From the human T2T-CHM13v2.0 reference genome, Homo sapiens: a stretch of 64,000 nucleotides of DNA. This document shows positions 10,518 through 22,220 of the stretch, in pieces. Position numbers and translations under genes: made by a program. How positions within the stretch are numbered: the first letter of the stretch is position 1; every line of letters starts with the position of its first letter. The stretch lies in NCBI RefSeq assembly GCF_009914755.1, contig NC_060927.1; one strand, given 5' to 3'. Below the pieces are notes generated by a model. It saw only the letters and a program-made list of their open reading frames with translations, did not search any database and had not been told where the DNA came from.

Positions 10518-10800
10518 CTGCCGACTCGCGGGCCGCTACTGCGCGTACTGGCGCGCCCTGAATCCAGCGTCCTTTCCGGAAGGAAAGCGCCGTGAGTTGG
10601 AAAGCAGGAGGTGGAAACTAACCCAGAAGCCCTCTCCTTTTCCTTCCTCGTACCTCTTGCTCCTCAGGACCCCCACCCTCCTCCCAGGCTCACACGCTGG
10701 AAGAAGGTGACTTAGATCTTTGTCCCCATCCACCCACTAGCCCGCGCCTTTCTGCCCTTTTTCAATTGCCAAAGCATCGGTCAAGTTGACCACTTGGAAA
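10518..10800 (-). other. EOMES: Alternative non-coding first exon / long 5' leader of EOMES
   Basis: Follows the distal TATA; donor CAG|GTGGGT at 10518/10517. Confidence 0.65.
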
Positions 10801-10820
10801 CTTATGGGCTGTCACTAGCT

Positions 10821-10930
10821 GCTTTATATATTTGCGGCCAGGGAGGGGCTTCCCGGCCTCACAGCCCGGAGACCCTCCTATTGGCTGGTGGAGGTGACAC
10901 TAATTCAATTAGGCATTTACTAATTGGATC
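10821..10930 (-). promoter_or_regulatory. Distal EOMES core promoter: TATATAAA, CCAAT box, TAAT cluster
   Basis: TATATAAA at 10830-10823; CCAAT at 10884-10880; several TAAT/ATTA motifs at 10900-10927; predicted TSS ~10800. Confidence 0.75.
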
Positions 10931-10952
10931 AAGTCGCCTGTGACTTTCTTTT

Positions 10953-10986
<34 letters not shown>

Positions 10987-11215
10987 AGACTGCGTCCCGC
11001 TGTGATAATCAATCCTGGTGTCTGTAATTTCGCCGGAATTTAGGGGGACAAAGTTTGGGGTCTCCATAGCGGTGTCCACCCTTGGCGCATTAGTCATCTC
11101 AGCCCTCCGCTGGAGGAATGAGATGGCTGGAGCAGATTTTAGAGGCCAGAGAGAGAAAGACTCTTCAAGCTGATAGCTTGCAGGGAAGCGCCCGTCCCGG
11201 AGGCTGGGGAAACTG

Positions 11216-11236
11216 GGGCAAGTTGGAGACAGGCCC
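11216..11236 (+). promoter_or_regulatory. p53-like response element
   Basis: GGGCAAGTTG-G-AGACAGGCCC: two RRRCWWGYYY half-sites with one mismatch each. Confidence 0.55.
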
Positions 11237-11799
11237 AAGGAAGTCTCTTTCCTCGTCGGAAGCTGTAACTTCAAAGCACACCTTCCTCTTGTCGAAGGCA
11301 AACTCCCTGGCCTTCAACGCACAGAACCACTTTTTGTTTGTTCCCATCCTTTTACCCAGTGGGAAAGGTTTGTAGAGAGGAAACTCGCGCTAAGCTTTTG
11401 GGATTCCGGGGACGGCCAGAGCACATTGCCATCCTGGAGGACCTAAGCTCTCAGCTTCTAAATCAGAAGCTTGGACAGGGTACTGGGGACAGGACAAGAG
11501 TGAAACTAAGCGAGCTAACACCAACTTCATACTCACGCCAACACAACTGCTTTCGGGGAGACAGTCACTTTTATTCCCCACAATTTAAAATCCTTTCTGC
11601 TCAGTTTTCCTGATCCCGGATTCCGTCCCTTCACCACCATCTTCAGTTAGGCCTGACACCAAGAAACAAAGCTTCCCTAACAGCCCCACAGTTAGGATTC
11701 CCTGCGCCTCTGCTCTGCGGCAAATACAGAAGGTAGAATAATTAGTGAAATAATCAGTTTGATATTGAATTAAACTCCAGCTGCTTGTTTCTTCGCTGC

Positions 11800-13000
11800 G
11801 TTTCCTCAGATAGATTCAAGAGCGGGGCCGTCATATTTTATCGTTTCATTATTACGGAAGCGGGGGGCACGTTTCGTTGCGGATAAGGAGAAGCCTGAAT
11901 ATTCGCTGTTAATAAGCAATTACAGACGCCGCCAGTAATCGCTCCGGGAGCGCATTTTCCGGCTGAGATGTCGGGACTCTGCTTCCCCAACCGAACGCGA
12001 TCACACGGGAAACTCTTCGCCCACAACAGATGAGATGGCCAAAGGATTGCTGAGTGCGCACACGCAAGTGTAGAACAGTGCGAAGCTTTCCAACCCAGTT
12101 TTCCAACCACAGCAGCACCAACATCGGCATGTCTGGGGTCTCCGAGAACGAGGTCCTTAATGCACTTAGACTCTCCAGGGCATTTATCACGGTTTTTTTT
12201 TTCTTTTTTGATGTGTGTGTTCGCGCGCTCGCGCGCTCGCGTGTGTGTGGTGGTGAAACCCAGGAGTGCGCGAAGATTTTCAGGGTCAAGGCACAGCCAC
12301 AGGGGAGGGGGCAAGTTGAGACTAGTGGGCTGGGGCGGTGGCCTTGTAGGTCCTGGGACAGAGTGGCCAGGAGCAGATCGCCAGAAAGCTGGTACTGAGC
12401 GCGTTCTGCCCTGCGCTTCCTGCGTTTTGTGTCATCAGTATAGTTAGTGTTTGGCACGGCTGTTTTGATCACTACATTGTCCATGCCTTCCTCCCCTGCT
12501 TTAGTGTTATTTTGACCCAAGGAAGTCTAGAACATTGATTGTTCAAGTAGTATAGCTCTGTGAATACCTCATGACTGTCAACGTGAAGATCCCGTGAGGG
12601 GTACGCGAGCTCAAGGAAAGAAAGAGGCCGTGCAGCTTGGGCGGCTTGGACGACGTATCTATCCCTGGGCTAGCGGGTCCTGATTACTATTCGTAGGATC
12701 CTCCACATTATCCTTTACCTGAGTTGCAAGATATCTAAGGCAAAAGTAGGGATGAGAAATCTCCCTAATGTGAGACCTAATCTCACGTTATTTGGAGCTA
12801 GGGTGGCCAAAGGTACATGACAGTTTTGCGCTTTAACAAAGCAAGAAGCGGGCCTCGGCGTCCCTTCAAAATGCTTTTGACGCAGCCAGGGAAGCGCTTC
12901 GCGTGGCAAAGTGCCATCGCAGGCAACAGGCATCGTTCCGACCCACTCTGGCGCGAATAACGCGGGCCAGCTGTCCCCCGAGCCACATCAGAAAGCGTTG
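11800..13000. other. Upstream CpG island
   Basis: CpG-dense and repeat-free. Confidence 0.75.
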
Positions 13001-16000
13001 ATTTTATTCCAGCCCCAGAGCAAGCTTTTGAAAGCGCATGAGTTCAGTATGAGCACCACCTAATTATTAAATATACACACGATGTATATAATTAGAATTT
13101 GTATTGATTCTTGGGGACAGGAAATTTTGGTTGATATCTACCCACTTCCCCAGTAAATCTATTATTTTTCCCAAACTTCAACACATTTTACATATGGAGG
13201 AGCAAAGACAAATTCAAAGAGAATAAAAATTCAGTTTCTATAAAACTACTCTAGGACCCAGGATTTTTGGAACATGGAAAATATGTACATAATATTATAT
13301 TACATATTGTATTACATTACATTTGTAAGTATATGTTACAAATTCTCTTTAAAATAATGAAAAGCACTGTTTCAGCTACAGATCTTTTTTTTTCTGGCTG
13401 AAGATAAAAAATCTCATTTAATGGTTCCTCTGTGTTAATTAGCTAATCACATTATTATTATTATTATTACATTTAGAATATACTAGTCTAGAATGCCTGG
13501 AGAGTTATAGATGAGCAAGTCTGTGATTTCCTGCTTGAAATGGGCTTTCCTTTTGCTGGCTCAATATTATAGCCAGGGGAAGAGACATAAAAAATATTTT
13601 CACGTGTCCCAGCCACACTTTAAAATCCAGGCACTCCTTTCCAGAAGTAGGAATAGAAAAGAAAGCCAAAGCAGTGGCTTAAGTGAACATGTCAGGCAGC
13701 ACCCTCCTTAGACTGGGTGGGCAAATAACAGAGCCTTCCAGCCTGTTTGCTGTTTGATTTCAATTACACCCCAAGCTTCATGAAATCCAAATGAGACATT
13801 TATTGAAAGGTGCCTGGTTTTATGTGGCTCAACTGACAGTGTATTGGAATACATTGAACAAAAACATCAACACTGGGGAGGAAACATGGAAACCCCTTGA
13901 AACCCCAGACCCAAATACCTGCTGGATTAACTCAAATCTTGTACCTTTCAGCCTGAGATGGAGCAAGCAGGAATCTTTAAAGGCTACCAGGAAGCCAAGG
14001 CCAAGTCTGTGTGTGAACACATTAAAGATCTCACGCTCTATTGTTCTGAGGAATAATACCAACTTCATACCACTGTCTTGGTCAAAGTTATTGCCAACTT
14101 GACCAGATGACCTCTTTATCTCTTTCTCCCCCTTAAAGGTAACCACTAGCCATGCATTGATCTTTTAAAAGCAAAACTGAGAAGCATTTGGTTGGAACAG
14201 GATTATTATATAAGAAATACATTTACACACATATGGGTATGTTACAGAGGTGAGTTATAGATGAGTGCAATGATATAAGGTTTACCTCTCCCCATGTGCC
14301 ACCCACCCCCCACAACCAAGGGGGCCCATATAAATGTCCCAATAAATACTATTATTTTCACCCCCACTAAAAACGTGTTATCAAAACACTGTCCATGTTA
14401 TTCAAACACTTTGTAAATTCTGAGCAGACTTGCTGCCGGTTCTCCTTTTAACCCTAGGAAAACATTCCAACATTAACCGGTCACCAGCGCTTCGCCTGGA
14501 CTCTGGGAAAGCGTCAATGGGTTTTTTGTGGTGAGTTGGTCCTTTTACTATTTATCTATGGCCCTTTCTTTGTTGATGTTACATTTTATTTCACCAACTC
14601 AGGTTCACTCTTTGGCCCTTTGTTCTCTGATGGCCAGATCTGCCACCTCTGCTGTGCTTTCCAAAGAGGGAGGGAGCTTTAATCACCGTTAGGTTGTTCA
14701 TGTTTCATTTTTTTTTAAGCAAATGTCCCGTAAGATAAAACATCTTGGCAAAGACAAGCAGTGTTGATTCTGCTGACAAGAGCAAGATACTCCCACCAAA
14801 AGTTTCACTTTTATAAGAATTTTTAGAATTTATATTTCACCATGACACTGAAATACACTGACCACTTGCTTTACAAAAAAACAAAAACAAAACAAAACAA
14901 AAAAACCCCAAACCAGAGCTACACATGTGTGACGTGAAGTGTTATATTAAACCCATGGTATTTTTTTCAACAAAAATGACCAATTTAAACTATTATCTTT
15001 GCTTTAAGTCTATATATCTACATTGCTAATGCACTTTGTGGTTCACTGTTAAAATATGAGGAGGTGAAGGAATCCTGAAATGGAAGTTAATAAATAAACA
15101 CACTAATAGTTGCTTATTACAAAAGATAAATTATCTTCTCCTAAAGATTGAATCAAGAGTCTTTGGCAACAGCACAAAATCATGACTTACCTTTTTTATG
15201 AAAGTAATTTTTAAACTGCTAATGAATTTCTGTATTTAGCTGCTGTTTTATCATCATCATTATCATCATCTTTTTCTTCTTCCTCATCATGTATATGGGA
15301 ATATATAATAACAAGAAAAGCCACATTAGGCAAAGAAAGTAAAACACTCTCAAGAAAGTGTATTTTGGGAACGTTTGGCTAATTGTTGCTACACTATATA
15401 CGAAAGTTATACGGGGCTCCATCTATCTTGCTCATTTTTCTACCCTGAAAAGCCTGGAGCACAGTAGGTGCTTATCAATTAAATGAAAAGATTTACTAAA
15501 CCTGTGTGCTGGAACAGCTAACAGAGGTCAGGGACAGTGTCAGGTCTTAGGCTTTATAACCACAAGGACTAAAGTTTTTTCCTAAGAGAAAAAGAAAACA
15601 AAGATCTTTCTAAATTAAAAGACATGATATTTTCATCTTTTTCAGACTTTAAAATATATCATTTTTAAGACCTTTTCTATCTCAAGGTTCTTACATTGTG
15701 GCATGGCCTTTGTCTGTATGTCCATGCTAAGCTTCTTCCATAGCAAAATAGAAAAAAAGAAGTTAGTGCTGGAATTGTAGTACAGCTGCTAAGGGAAGCA
15801 AACACCATGTCACCAAGGAGAAATGTTAATCTGAATGTAAATCAATTGTACTTTACTAACAGAGTTGACAGAGTCTATGAAAATTAATGTTTCAACAGAA
15901 GGCACACCTATGATACAGGTGCAGCAAGATGTCTACACAACAGGTGGGCAGAACCCAAATCCTGTTGACCAAGGCTTCAATATGACAGGGGTAGCTGGAA

Positions 16001-16209
16001 TTCCCCAATCCAGACCCTATGTGAGAAAAGTAGGGAGAGGAAGTTTGGGTTGGGGGCAGAAATAAGTAAGCCCATAACATAACCAAGTAAGAAACAGTGA
16101 GAGGGAAGGAGAAAGGAAGGACAGACAACAGGATAGAAAACCGTCGCAGTCATTCCTTAAAGGTCTCCCTTTCCAGACTTCTAAGAGAAAACAGAACCTT
16201 GTATCAGAA

Positions 16210-16360
16210 TTGTATGTATTTGTGGCTGTAACCTTTACTATCTTTGTGAGTCTGGGAAAGCTCTTTAACTTCTGTGTGCCTCAATTTCCCCACTTGTATA
16301 ACAGCATAATTAATATGAAGCAATTAGAACAGTACCTGGCACCTACATAGGAAGTCTTTC
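16210..16360 (+). mobile_element. MIR
   Basis: ctctttaacttctgtgtgcctcaatttccccacttgtataa core. Confidence 0.65.
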
Positions 16361-17339
16361 CTACTACTCGCCATTACACTTAGACTGAGCTTACTTTTTA
16401 CCGTTCTTACTAAGATACTGGAGCTAAATGAGGATGAATAAACCTTAGTCTTTTTCCTCCCGGGGATTCCCAGTCCGATGGGGGAGGCCAGGAGCAAACA
16501 GGTCAAAAGCAACGTGAACCAGGGGTAGGAAGCAGGAGGGAGTCAGTCAGAACCAAAGAGAGTCCCCAGTTACTCTAGCAGCTCTTCTTTATTTCCCCGA
16601 AAGGGGAAATCAAGTGCCCTCCCGGTGAGCTCGGCTGGAGAGGTGCACTTCAAAGCGAGGCGGCTGGGGCGCCCTAACCAGGCTGTGCCTTCCGCCCCCT
16701 CCAGGCGGCCATTAGCATTCTGTTTTTCCCAAGGCCTCCAGTATCTCCCGCCACCCGCTGGGATTTTGCCGTTCCGGCCGATTACTTGTCAAAGAAAGAA
16801 AATAGGGTATTTAGCTCAGCTTTTGTTCTCCACCTACTTGGTTAAACGCCTGACCACGAAGGAGTTAAGTGAGTAGTCGGAAGCCTCCCGCAGGGTTCTC
16901 GCTCCAGGAGAAGGCACCCTTAACTGGATGTCCAGAAAAAGAGGCCATCTGGATCCACTCGCTGTGGGTCCCTGCGGGCCTCAGTGGCGGCATCTGCAAA
17001 TTAAGGGGACAGAGCAAGTGCAGAGCAAGATCTACCGCAGAGAGCGGCTGTCGAGGGAAGTCCGGAGGAGGCCCCGAAGGCCAAGCCGGCCTGGGCTGCT
17101 TAATCACTCGGTAGGGGCCGGGACGGTCCCTGGAACTCCCTCCCCCCACAGAATATCAAGGAGCCATAGTAAAGGCGTATCCAAGGGGCAACAAAGAGCA
17201 GCTAGGATCATTTTTCCACCACTTAGGGCTGACTTTTCAAGAACAGAGTTTATCTGCAAATTCACAAAAGAGGAGAATAAGAAAAGCAGCAGCTGACTTT
17301 GCTCTGCTTTACTTGTATAATCTTTTAAAAGAAAAAGCA

Positions 17340-17470
17340 CCCTAAACTGTTATAATCCCATTTTACAGAAGAGTAAAGTGATGCTTAGAGAGGCGAAGAC
17401 CCTGGCTCAAAGCACCCAGCTGAAAATGGTAGCCTGGGGATGTGAATTCGAGCGGTCTGGGCTGCGGGGC
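17340..17470 (-). mobile_element. MIR
   Basis: atcccattttacagaagagtaaagtgatgcttagagagg. Confidence 0.6.
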
Positions 17471-17729
17471 TCCTAGTGGGGGGATTAAGTACGTGTGAAT
17501 GGTGGCAGGGCTGGGTCATTGTTTTCTTTGGGGGGGACAGATGTAGGCTATGGAACGGGGACCCTGTGAGTCTTCGGAGCAAGCCAGTGAACGGCATTCA
17601 GTACCCATCTACAGCCGGTGGACCTTCAGAATGAGTCTCTGGAGAAAACCGGGCTCCATGACTCGGTTGCAAATCCCAACTTTGCGGTAGAATCGGTCAT
17701 CCTTGCTTGGCATAATCATGACATGGGTT

Positions 17730-17960
17730 GTCCACTCTCTAAGTGCTGGGGCTGGGCCAAGCCCTTGGCATACATCATCCCATTTAGGCTCTCACTCCCA
17801 CCTCTTGAAGGTAGGTGCTTTCAGCATCTTCGCTTTACAGTTAAGAAAATCCAGGCTCAGAGAGATAAAATAACTTGCCTGAGGTTACACAACTTGTGAA
17901 CCTTAAGTCCAGGAGGACCTAGAAGATGGAGAAGGCGGTACCTTCTGCCTGGAACTCTGA
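17730..17960 (-). mobile_element. MIR
   Basis: aggctcagagagataaaataacttgcctgaggttacaca. Confidence 0.6.
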
Positions 17961-19976
17961 AACTTTTAACAGAAAACTGATCCCTCGGTCCCGAAGAGAG
18001 AGGCGCGGCAAAGCAACAGCCAGTTCTCTCCCTCATCCCCTTCCAGATAAATTTCCTTTTCTCCTACTCCTCGCTGGGGTTTGCGGTGCCCCTGCCTCCT
18101 GCATGAAAGCGCGCTCTAAAGCTAGGGTTTTTGGACTTTAGGAGCGCTTCTCGCCTCCCCCTAGACGTTTGAAGCCTTCCAATTGAGCAAGGGCTGGGAA
18201 GCGAGAAGGCTCCTCTGGTCTCTCCCTCCTCTGAGCGCGGGACCTCGGCGGACACCCTAATCCCGAAACACTCCTCTCTGGGACTGCGCACTTGCCAGCA
18301 CGACAGCCAACTCCGCCTCAGAGGAGTCTTTTAGGGCTCTGAGCGAGTGGCGAATGCTCCCCCGGTGATGCACTATCGCTCCCACCCACGCCCTGGTACG
18401 CGCAGCCCGGGAAAAAGAAAAAAAAAAGTCCACGTAGGGGCTCAAACCCAGGCGTCAGGCGCTGCAGTCAGGGAAGGCTCCCTTAGGGGCTGGGTTCCTG
18501 GCGCTTACGACGCAGAGAAGGATAAGGGCGATGGTTTCGCAATCCCACCCCCTCCTTTGTCCTCCTCCCCACCTCCCAGCCTTTGGCGGCTTAGATCTCC
18601 AAATGCAGTCTGGATGGCACTCAGGTATTCGAGCGCCCCAGTTTATCTTATCACCGCCCCCTACAAATACACATCCATTCCAGATTGGCTTCTGGGAAAA
18701 GATACGGGGGTAGGGGATCCCACATATTTCCTCTCACCCTCCCTCTTTGGTCCTTGACGCCGAGAGTCTTCTCTGTTTCTCCGTACCCTTAGGTCATCGT
18801 CCAGGGCAGAGGTTAATTTAGACATCTTGACTGCAACAACTGATAACACTTACATACATGTATGAATATATCAACAATACATTATATGTAGTATATATTA
18901 TATAATATAAAATCAATATATACTTAACGTACTTGCATGAGTTAAAAAAAAAATACCCAGCAACCCAAAAGCCACCAGATTACCAACTCTTGCGCCTCCC
19001 AATTCCTCGAAGTGAAGGCAATCACTATTAGTTTCTCCTGTGTATTTCTGGGGCTATAATGTTATGTTTGCACCAGCAAGTACGTAAGCGCACCTGAATT
19101 TCTCTTTATCTGTCCCCCACCCATCTGCACGCTTTTATACACTTTATTAACCACCTTGCTTTTTTCACTTATAATATATCTTTAAGTTAGTTCCTTGGAG
19201 ACGTCGGAGTTTTTGCTAGCTTGACATCCCGGGCTCACAACTGGCGGGAAATAGCTTAAAAATTATATTGATGCTTTGAGGCCTTTCCTTGCAGCTGCTT
19301 GCGCCCACAAGCTGCAGTCCTTTCCCCGGTCAGCAGCCGGCTGTCCCGCACCCCCCGGCAGAGCGCAGAGGGTCGAAAGATTTGCGCCGCAGAAGACGCA
19401 GCGTCCCCTTGCGCTGCGTGTGCGGAACCCCGCTGTGAGAGTTTCCCTTTCACTGAGACTCCTTCATTGTTTGTCCTCTGAGACCCCCAAAGCAGGTAAA
19501 CAAGCACTGATACCCTGCCCTGTGATCAGAAGCTCTTGGGCCAGGGAGCGATCTGCTAGATGGTCCCAGTGCTGCCTTAGGTCAGATCAAAGCGGAGGAC
19601 CTAGAGGGAACCGTCAGCCCCATTAACATCCCGCTCTGCTTGCCAGCTGGGGCCTGAAGAGGGTTGGGCAGGTGTGGGCCAGGAATTGCTTGTTACCTAA
19701 GGTCCAGGGAGCGACCCCATCTGAAACACTTCCTGAATTCTCCTCGGCCCCAGTGGCAACTCTTGGAAGATGCTGAAGTTCCTTACATTTCTCAGAAGTC
19801 GCACTGTAAAATTCAGTTGATTCCACAATATTAGAAAACACTTGTTGACCTAGTATGTGTGTCAGACATTGCACGAGGTGCTGGGGTACAAAAGTGGATG
19901 ATGTTGGATCCGGACAACATCAAGTCAGCAAATAAGAGAGTATCAGAATATCGAGGTATCAGTCAAACGGGGTAAT

Positions 19977-20155
19977 GCGGTGGTTCCCAATCTTGGCTGC
20001 ATATTAGAATAATCTGGAGAGTTCTTAAAAATCCTAATGCCCAGGTAGCACCACGGAACAATTAAATCAGAATTTCTGGCGGTGAGACAAGGCATCAGGA
20101 TTACTTAATGATCCCCAGGTGGTTCCAATATGCAGCAAACTTATGGGTTGGTGGA
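19977..20155. mobile_element. MER5-type (hAT-Charlie) DNA transposon relic
   Basis: gtggttcccaatcttggctgcatattagaat...attaaatcagaatttct...ccccaggtggttccaatatgcagc. Confidence 0.7.
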
Positions 20156-20648
20156 GGCTCTTTATGGAGAGTTGACATTTGAGCTGAGACAGCAATAGGG
20201 AGGTGGCAGTCAGGAGAAGGCGTGTGGGAACACCCCGCGACCAGCCCTGAGTCTGCTGATGCTCTGGGATTGGCAGTGGGGGAGGGAAAAAGAGGACATT
20301 TGACAAGTAGAAGGAAATATGTGATGCAGAGCATCTAGTCACAGTTCACTGCATCCCTGGGAAGTCTCTCAATTGCCCAATTCCATAGGAAAGCTTTAAA
20401 CAACACTAAAAAATATCTACCTTAAAATGATGGATTTTTACATGCAATTTTAAAACTAAATAATGCATAAAAATATATGAAAAATAGAATAATGCTAGAA
20501 AGCTTTTAACAGCAACTTCGTGATGTATTACGTGAGGACATTTCAACAAATCTAAGATGCCATCCATTGATATGCCTAACTGATGTGTTCACCACAAAGA
20601 AAACAAAAGCTGTGTCCTAGAATTTTAATTTTGTGCTTATTGAAATAA

Positions 20649-20952
20649 TTTTTTTTTTTTTGAGATTGAATCTTGTTCTGTTGCCCAAGCTGGCGTGCAA
20701 GATCTTGGCTCACTCCAACCTCCACCTCTCAGGTTCAAGTGATTCTCCTGCCTCAGCCTCCCAAGTAGCTGAGATTACAGGTGCATGCCACGATGCCCTG
20801 GTAAATTTTTTTTTTTTTTTTTTTGTATTTTTAGTAGAGACGGAGTTTCACCATGTTGGCCAGGGTGGTCTCGAACTCCTGACCTCAGGTTATCCACCTG
20901 CTTCAGCCTCCTAAAGTGCTGGGATTACAGGTGTGAGCCACCATGCCCGGCC
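20649..20952 (-). mobile_element. AluS
   Basis: Full length; short TSD aataatt. Confidence 0.95.
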
Positions 20953-21669
20953 AATAATTGCTTATTTAGAGAAAGTATTATTTTCGTATTTCACTCATGC
21001 ACACATAAAATGGACAATAAAAGCTGTATTCACAAGCAGTGACAGCTATTTCAGAACTGCCATCTGATCAACAGTAGTGGTAAGACACCATTGCTTGTAG
21101 AATGTATCTTATTTCTAAGAAGTTAAAAGATGTGTCATAGAATTAATGCAAGTCAGTGTTGTCCAATGAGCTCACTACTCTCAGTGCTTTACATCTTTTA
21201 GTTCATTTAGTCCTTACTATGATATGATATGAGGTAGGAACAATTATTTATTAACAACATTTATAGGTGAGAAAATTGAGACATTGAAAGCTAAGTTACT
21301 TTAAGTCAGACCATTACCAAGTTGCAGAGATAGGGCATAAACCCACCGAGGGCTTAATTACAATAGGAGCCTGAGAAAATTGTCCACATGAGCCAACTGA
21401 GACTCAGAAGTGTTGAAAGGAGGGGTACAGGGTGAGAAGTGAGAGAAAGGGTTTGAGAACTCAATTAAGTTGTAGGTTGGGATCTGCTTCTCTGCTTGAT
21501 CTGTCTCATAATATTTTAGGAGTAGAAGGAATCATGTGGTAAGACAATACTATATAGCCAAGAGTATTCTTATCCATTAAAATAAGAAAGAGATGATAAA
21601 ATACACAGTTATCATCTTATTTCTTAAAAATAAGAAAGAGATGATAACTATATTTTCAGGCCATAATTT

Positions 21670-22220
21670 TCAAGTAAACTTTAAAAAATAAACCTAAAGT
21701 AAATACATACAAAAAAGTACAAGTATTCTAAATTCACAACTTGATATGTTTTACCAAATTGAACACACTTGTATAACCAGCATCCATGTTAAGAAATCCA
21801 TTATTGCCCAAATTCCAGATGCTTCACATTCTTCCTTCTGCTCACTGCTTCCCATGAGGTAACCATCATTTTGACTTTTGTAACCATTGATTAGTTTTCC
21901 CTGTTTTTGAGTTTTATATAAATGGAATCTTATACTGTGTTCTTCTTTGTGTGTGGCTTCATTCACTCAACATGTGTTTGGGATTCACTCATGTTGTACT
22001 GCATACGTGCATTTGTTCCATCTCCTTGCTGTGTCATATCTCATTGTGTAAATATATAATTTTTCCATTCTGCTGTTGAAGACATTTGTGTTGTTTCTAG
22101 TTTTTGGGTTATTATATATAGGGCTGATATGAACATTCTTGTACATGTCCTTTGGTGAATATCTGTATAGTCTTTCTGTCAGGCCTGTACTCACAGGAGT
22201 GGGATTGCTGGGACACAGAG
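21670..22220 (-). mobile_element. Old L1M 3' end fragment
   Basis: tttatataaatggaat...ctatgaacattcttgtaca-like...gggattgctgg motifs. Confidence 0.75.

Larger units (their letters stand above)
8150..10900. other. CpG island over the EOMES promoter, exon 1 and exon 2
   Basis: Very high GC and CpG density by inspection. Confidence 0.9.
16600..19650. other. Far-upstream CpG-rich patches (16.6-17.15 kb, 17.95-18.8 kb, 19.2-19.65 kb)
   Basis: Local CpG retention in otherwise CpG-depleted DNA. Confidence 0.7.

Noticed and set aside
11838-12520. Overlapping 158-aa and 203-aa minus-strand ORFs upstream of EOMES
   Set aside because: Non-ATG starts, low-complexity content and CpG-island stop-codon scarcity; no splice link to EOMES
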